DNA of 38,367 nucleotides from a virus (Duplodnaviria; Heunggongvirae; Uroviricota; Caudoviricetes): IMG/VR virus record IMGVR_UViG_2713897190_000002; one strand, 5' to 3'. Shown piece by piece: positions 37,309 to 38,367 of this stretch (position 1 is its first letter; each line of letters starts with the position of its first letter). The notes under the pieces were generated by a model. It saw only the letters and a program-made list of their open reading frames with translations, ran no database searches and was not told where the DNA came from. The position numbers and the translations under genes were made by a program.

Positions 37309-37914
37309 ATGAGTACAGCACTCGCAACGCTGGCAGGGAAGCTGGCTGAACGTGTCGGCATGGATTCTGTCGACCCACAGGAACTGATCACCACTCTTCG
37401 CCAGACGGCATTTAAAGGTGATGCCAGCGATGCGCAGTTCATCGCATTGTTGATCGTCGCCAACCAGTACGGCCTTAATCCGTGGACGAAAGAAATTTAC
37501 GCCTTCCCTGATAAGCAGAACGGCATTGTTCCGGTGGTGGGCGTTGATGGCTGGTCCCGCATCATCAATGAAAACCAGCAGTTTGATGGTATGGACTTTG
37601 AGCAGGACAATGAATCATGTACATGCCGGATTTACCGCAAAGACCGCAATCATCCGATCTGCGTTACCGAGTGGATGGATGAATGCCGCCGCGAACCATT
37701 CAAAACCCGCGAAGGCAGAGAAATCACGGGGCCGTGGCAGTCGCATCCCAAACGGATGTTACGGCATAAAGCCATGATTCAGTGTGCCCGTCTCGCCTTC
37801 GGATTTGCTGGTATCTATGACAAGGATGAAGCCGAGCGCATTGTCGAAAATACCGCATACACTGCAGAACGTCAGCCGGAACGCGACATCACTCCGGTAT
37901 TAGACGTCAACTAG
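37309..37914 (+). pseudogene. bet: bet (Red beta recombinase), 3'-truncated by IS insertion
   Basis: MSTALATLAGKLAERVGMDSVDPQEL... matches lambda Bet for about 195 aa, then diverges (ERDITPVLDVN-stop), 201 aa versus 261 aa. Confidence 0.8.
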
Positions 37915-38367
37915 TTTTGCCGACTCGCGCCAACTATACTGGCCGCACCCTTCAGTGCGACATCAAGTCGCGCTTGTTACTGCCTTCGCTGTCTTTTTCC
38001 TGTAGCTTTCACCTTTCAGTTCGAACATATATCCGTGATGGATCAGCCGGTCTGCCGCCGCCACCGCCATAGTCTCATCCACGAAGATGCTGCCCCACAT
38101 GCTGAACGGATGGTTACTGGTTATCACCAGGCTCCCACGTTCATAGCGATGCGCTATTAACTCGAACAGTACTCCCGTTTCGGCGCTGTCGCGTTTGACA
38201 TAGCCAAGATCATCCACCACTATCACCCGGTAGCGATCCAGTTTCAGTAGCAGCTCATTCAGTTTCAACTGCGCTCTGGCTTTACGTAGTTCCTGCAACA
38301 ACTCTCCTGCGCTGTAGAACCGGGCCCGGTAGCCCTGGCCTACTACGCCATCCACGATCGCTGCCGC
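37900..38367 (-). mobile_element. IS21-family insertion sequence (partial, runs off the window) carrying the istB 3' end
   Basis: The - strand ORF 37963..38355+ encodes an IstB-like C-terminus (VIVVDDLGYVK...LKGESYR); bet homology ends abruptly about 60 nt before the IstB stop. Confidence 0.6.
37963..38367 (-). CDS. istB: IstB-like ATP-binding transposition helper (C-terminal part; 5' end outside the window)
   Basis: Translation contains DDLGY and GESYR motifs typical of IS21 IstB; the gene continues beyond the window end. Confidence 0.6.
   Translation of the reverse strand, partial: AAAIVDGVVGQGYRARFYSAGELLQELRKARAQLKLNELLLKLDRYRVIVVDDLGYVKRDSAETGVLFELIAHRYERGSLVITSNHPFSMWGSIFVDETMAVAAADRLIHHGYMFELKGESYRKKTAKAVTSAT

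Noticed and set aside
1-38367. Integrase and att sites
   Set aside because: None was seen. The int/xis end of the prophage appears to lie beyond the right window edge (past bet and the IS), and no att core could be identified at the left edge.

Overview
The window is almost entirely a lambda-like (lambdoid) prophage of an E. coli-type host, lying inverted relative to the + strand. All gene calls rest on reading the six-frame translations and recalling known phage proteins; no database search was run. Coordinates I derived myself may be off by 1-2 nt, because the displayed sequence and the ORF track disagree by one base in at least one place. From left to right: two small genes and a tail fiber gene, then the complete lambda-type tail and head module on the - strand (J, I, K, L, M, H, G-T with the slippery site, V, U, Z, FII, FI, E, D, C, B, W, A, Nu1) ending at a lambda-like cos site near 21.96 kb. 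Next come a small accessory ('moron') region, bor, a phage-21-type lysis cassette (pinholin, SAR endolysin, Rz/Rz1), an NmpC/Lc-type porin gene, Q, rusA, a nin region with a Dam-like methyltransferase, then ren-P-O with the ori iterons, cII, cro and a divergent cI whose DNA-binding domain differs from lambda's. Downstream of cI, where lambda carries rexAB, there is an AT-rich two-gene operon of unknown function; this is the strongest candidate for an undescribed system, most plausibly phage defence. The window ends with a P22/21-like N, sieB, ral, ea10, cIII, kil, gam (short form only) and a bet gene truncated by an IS21-family element. No tRNA, rRNA, CRISPR array, integrase or att site was seen.
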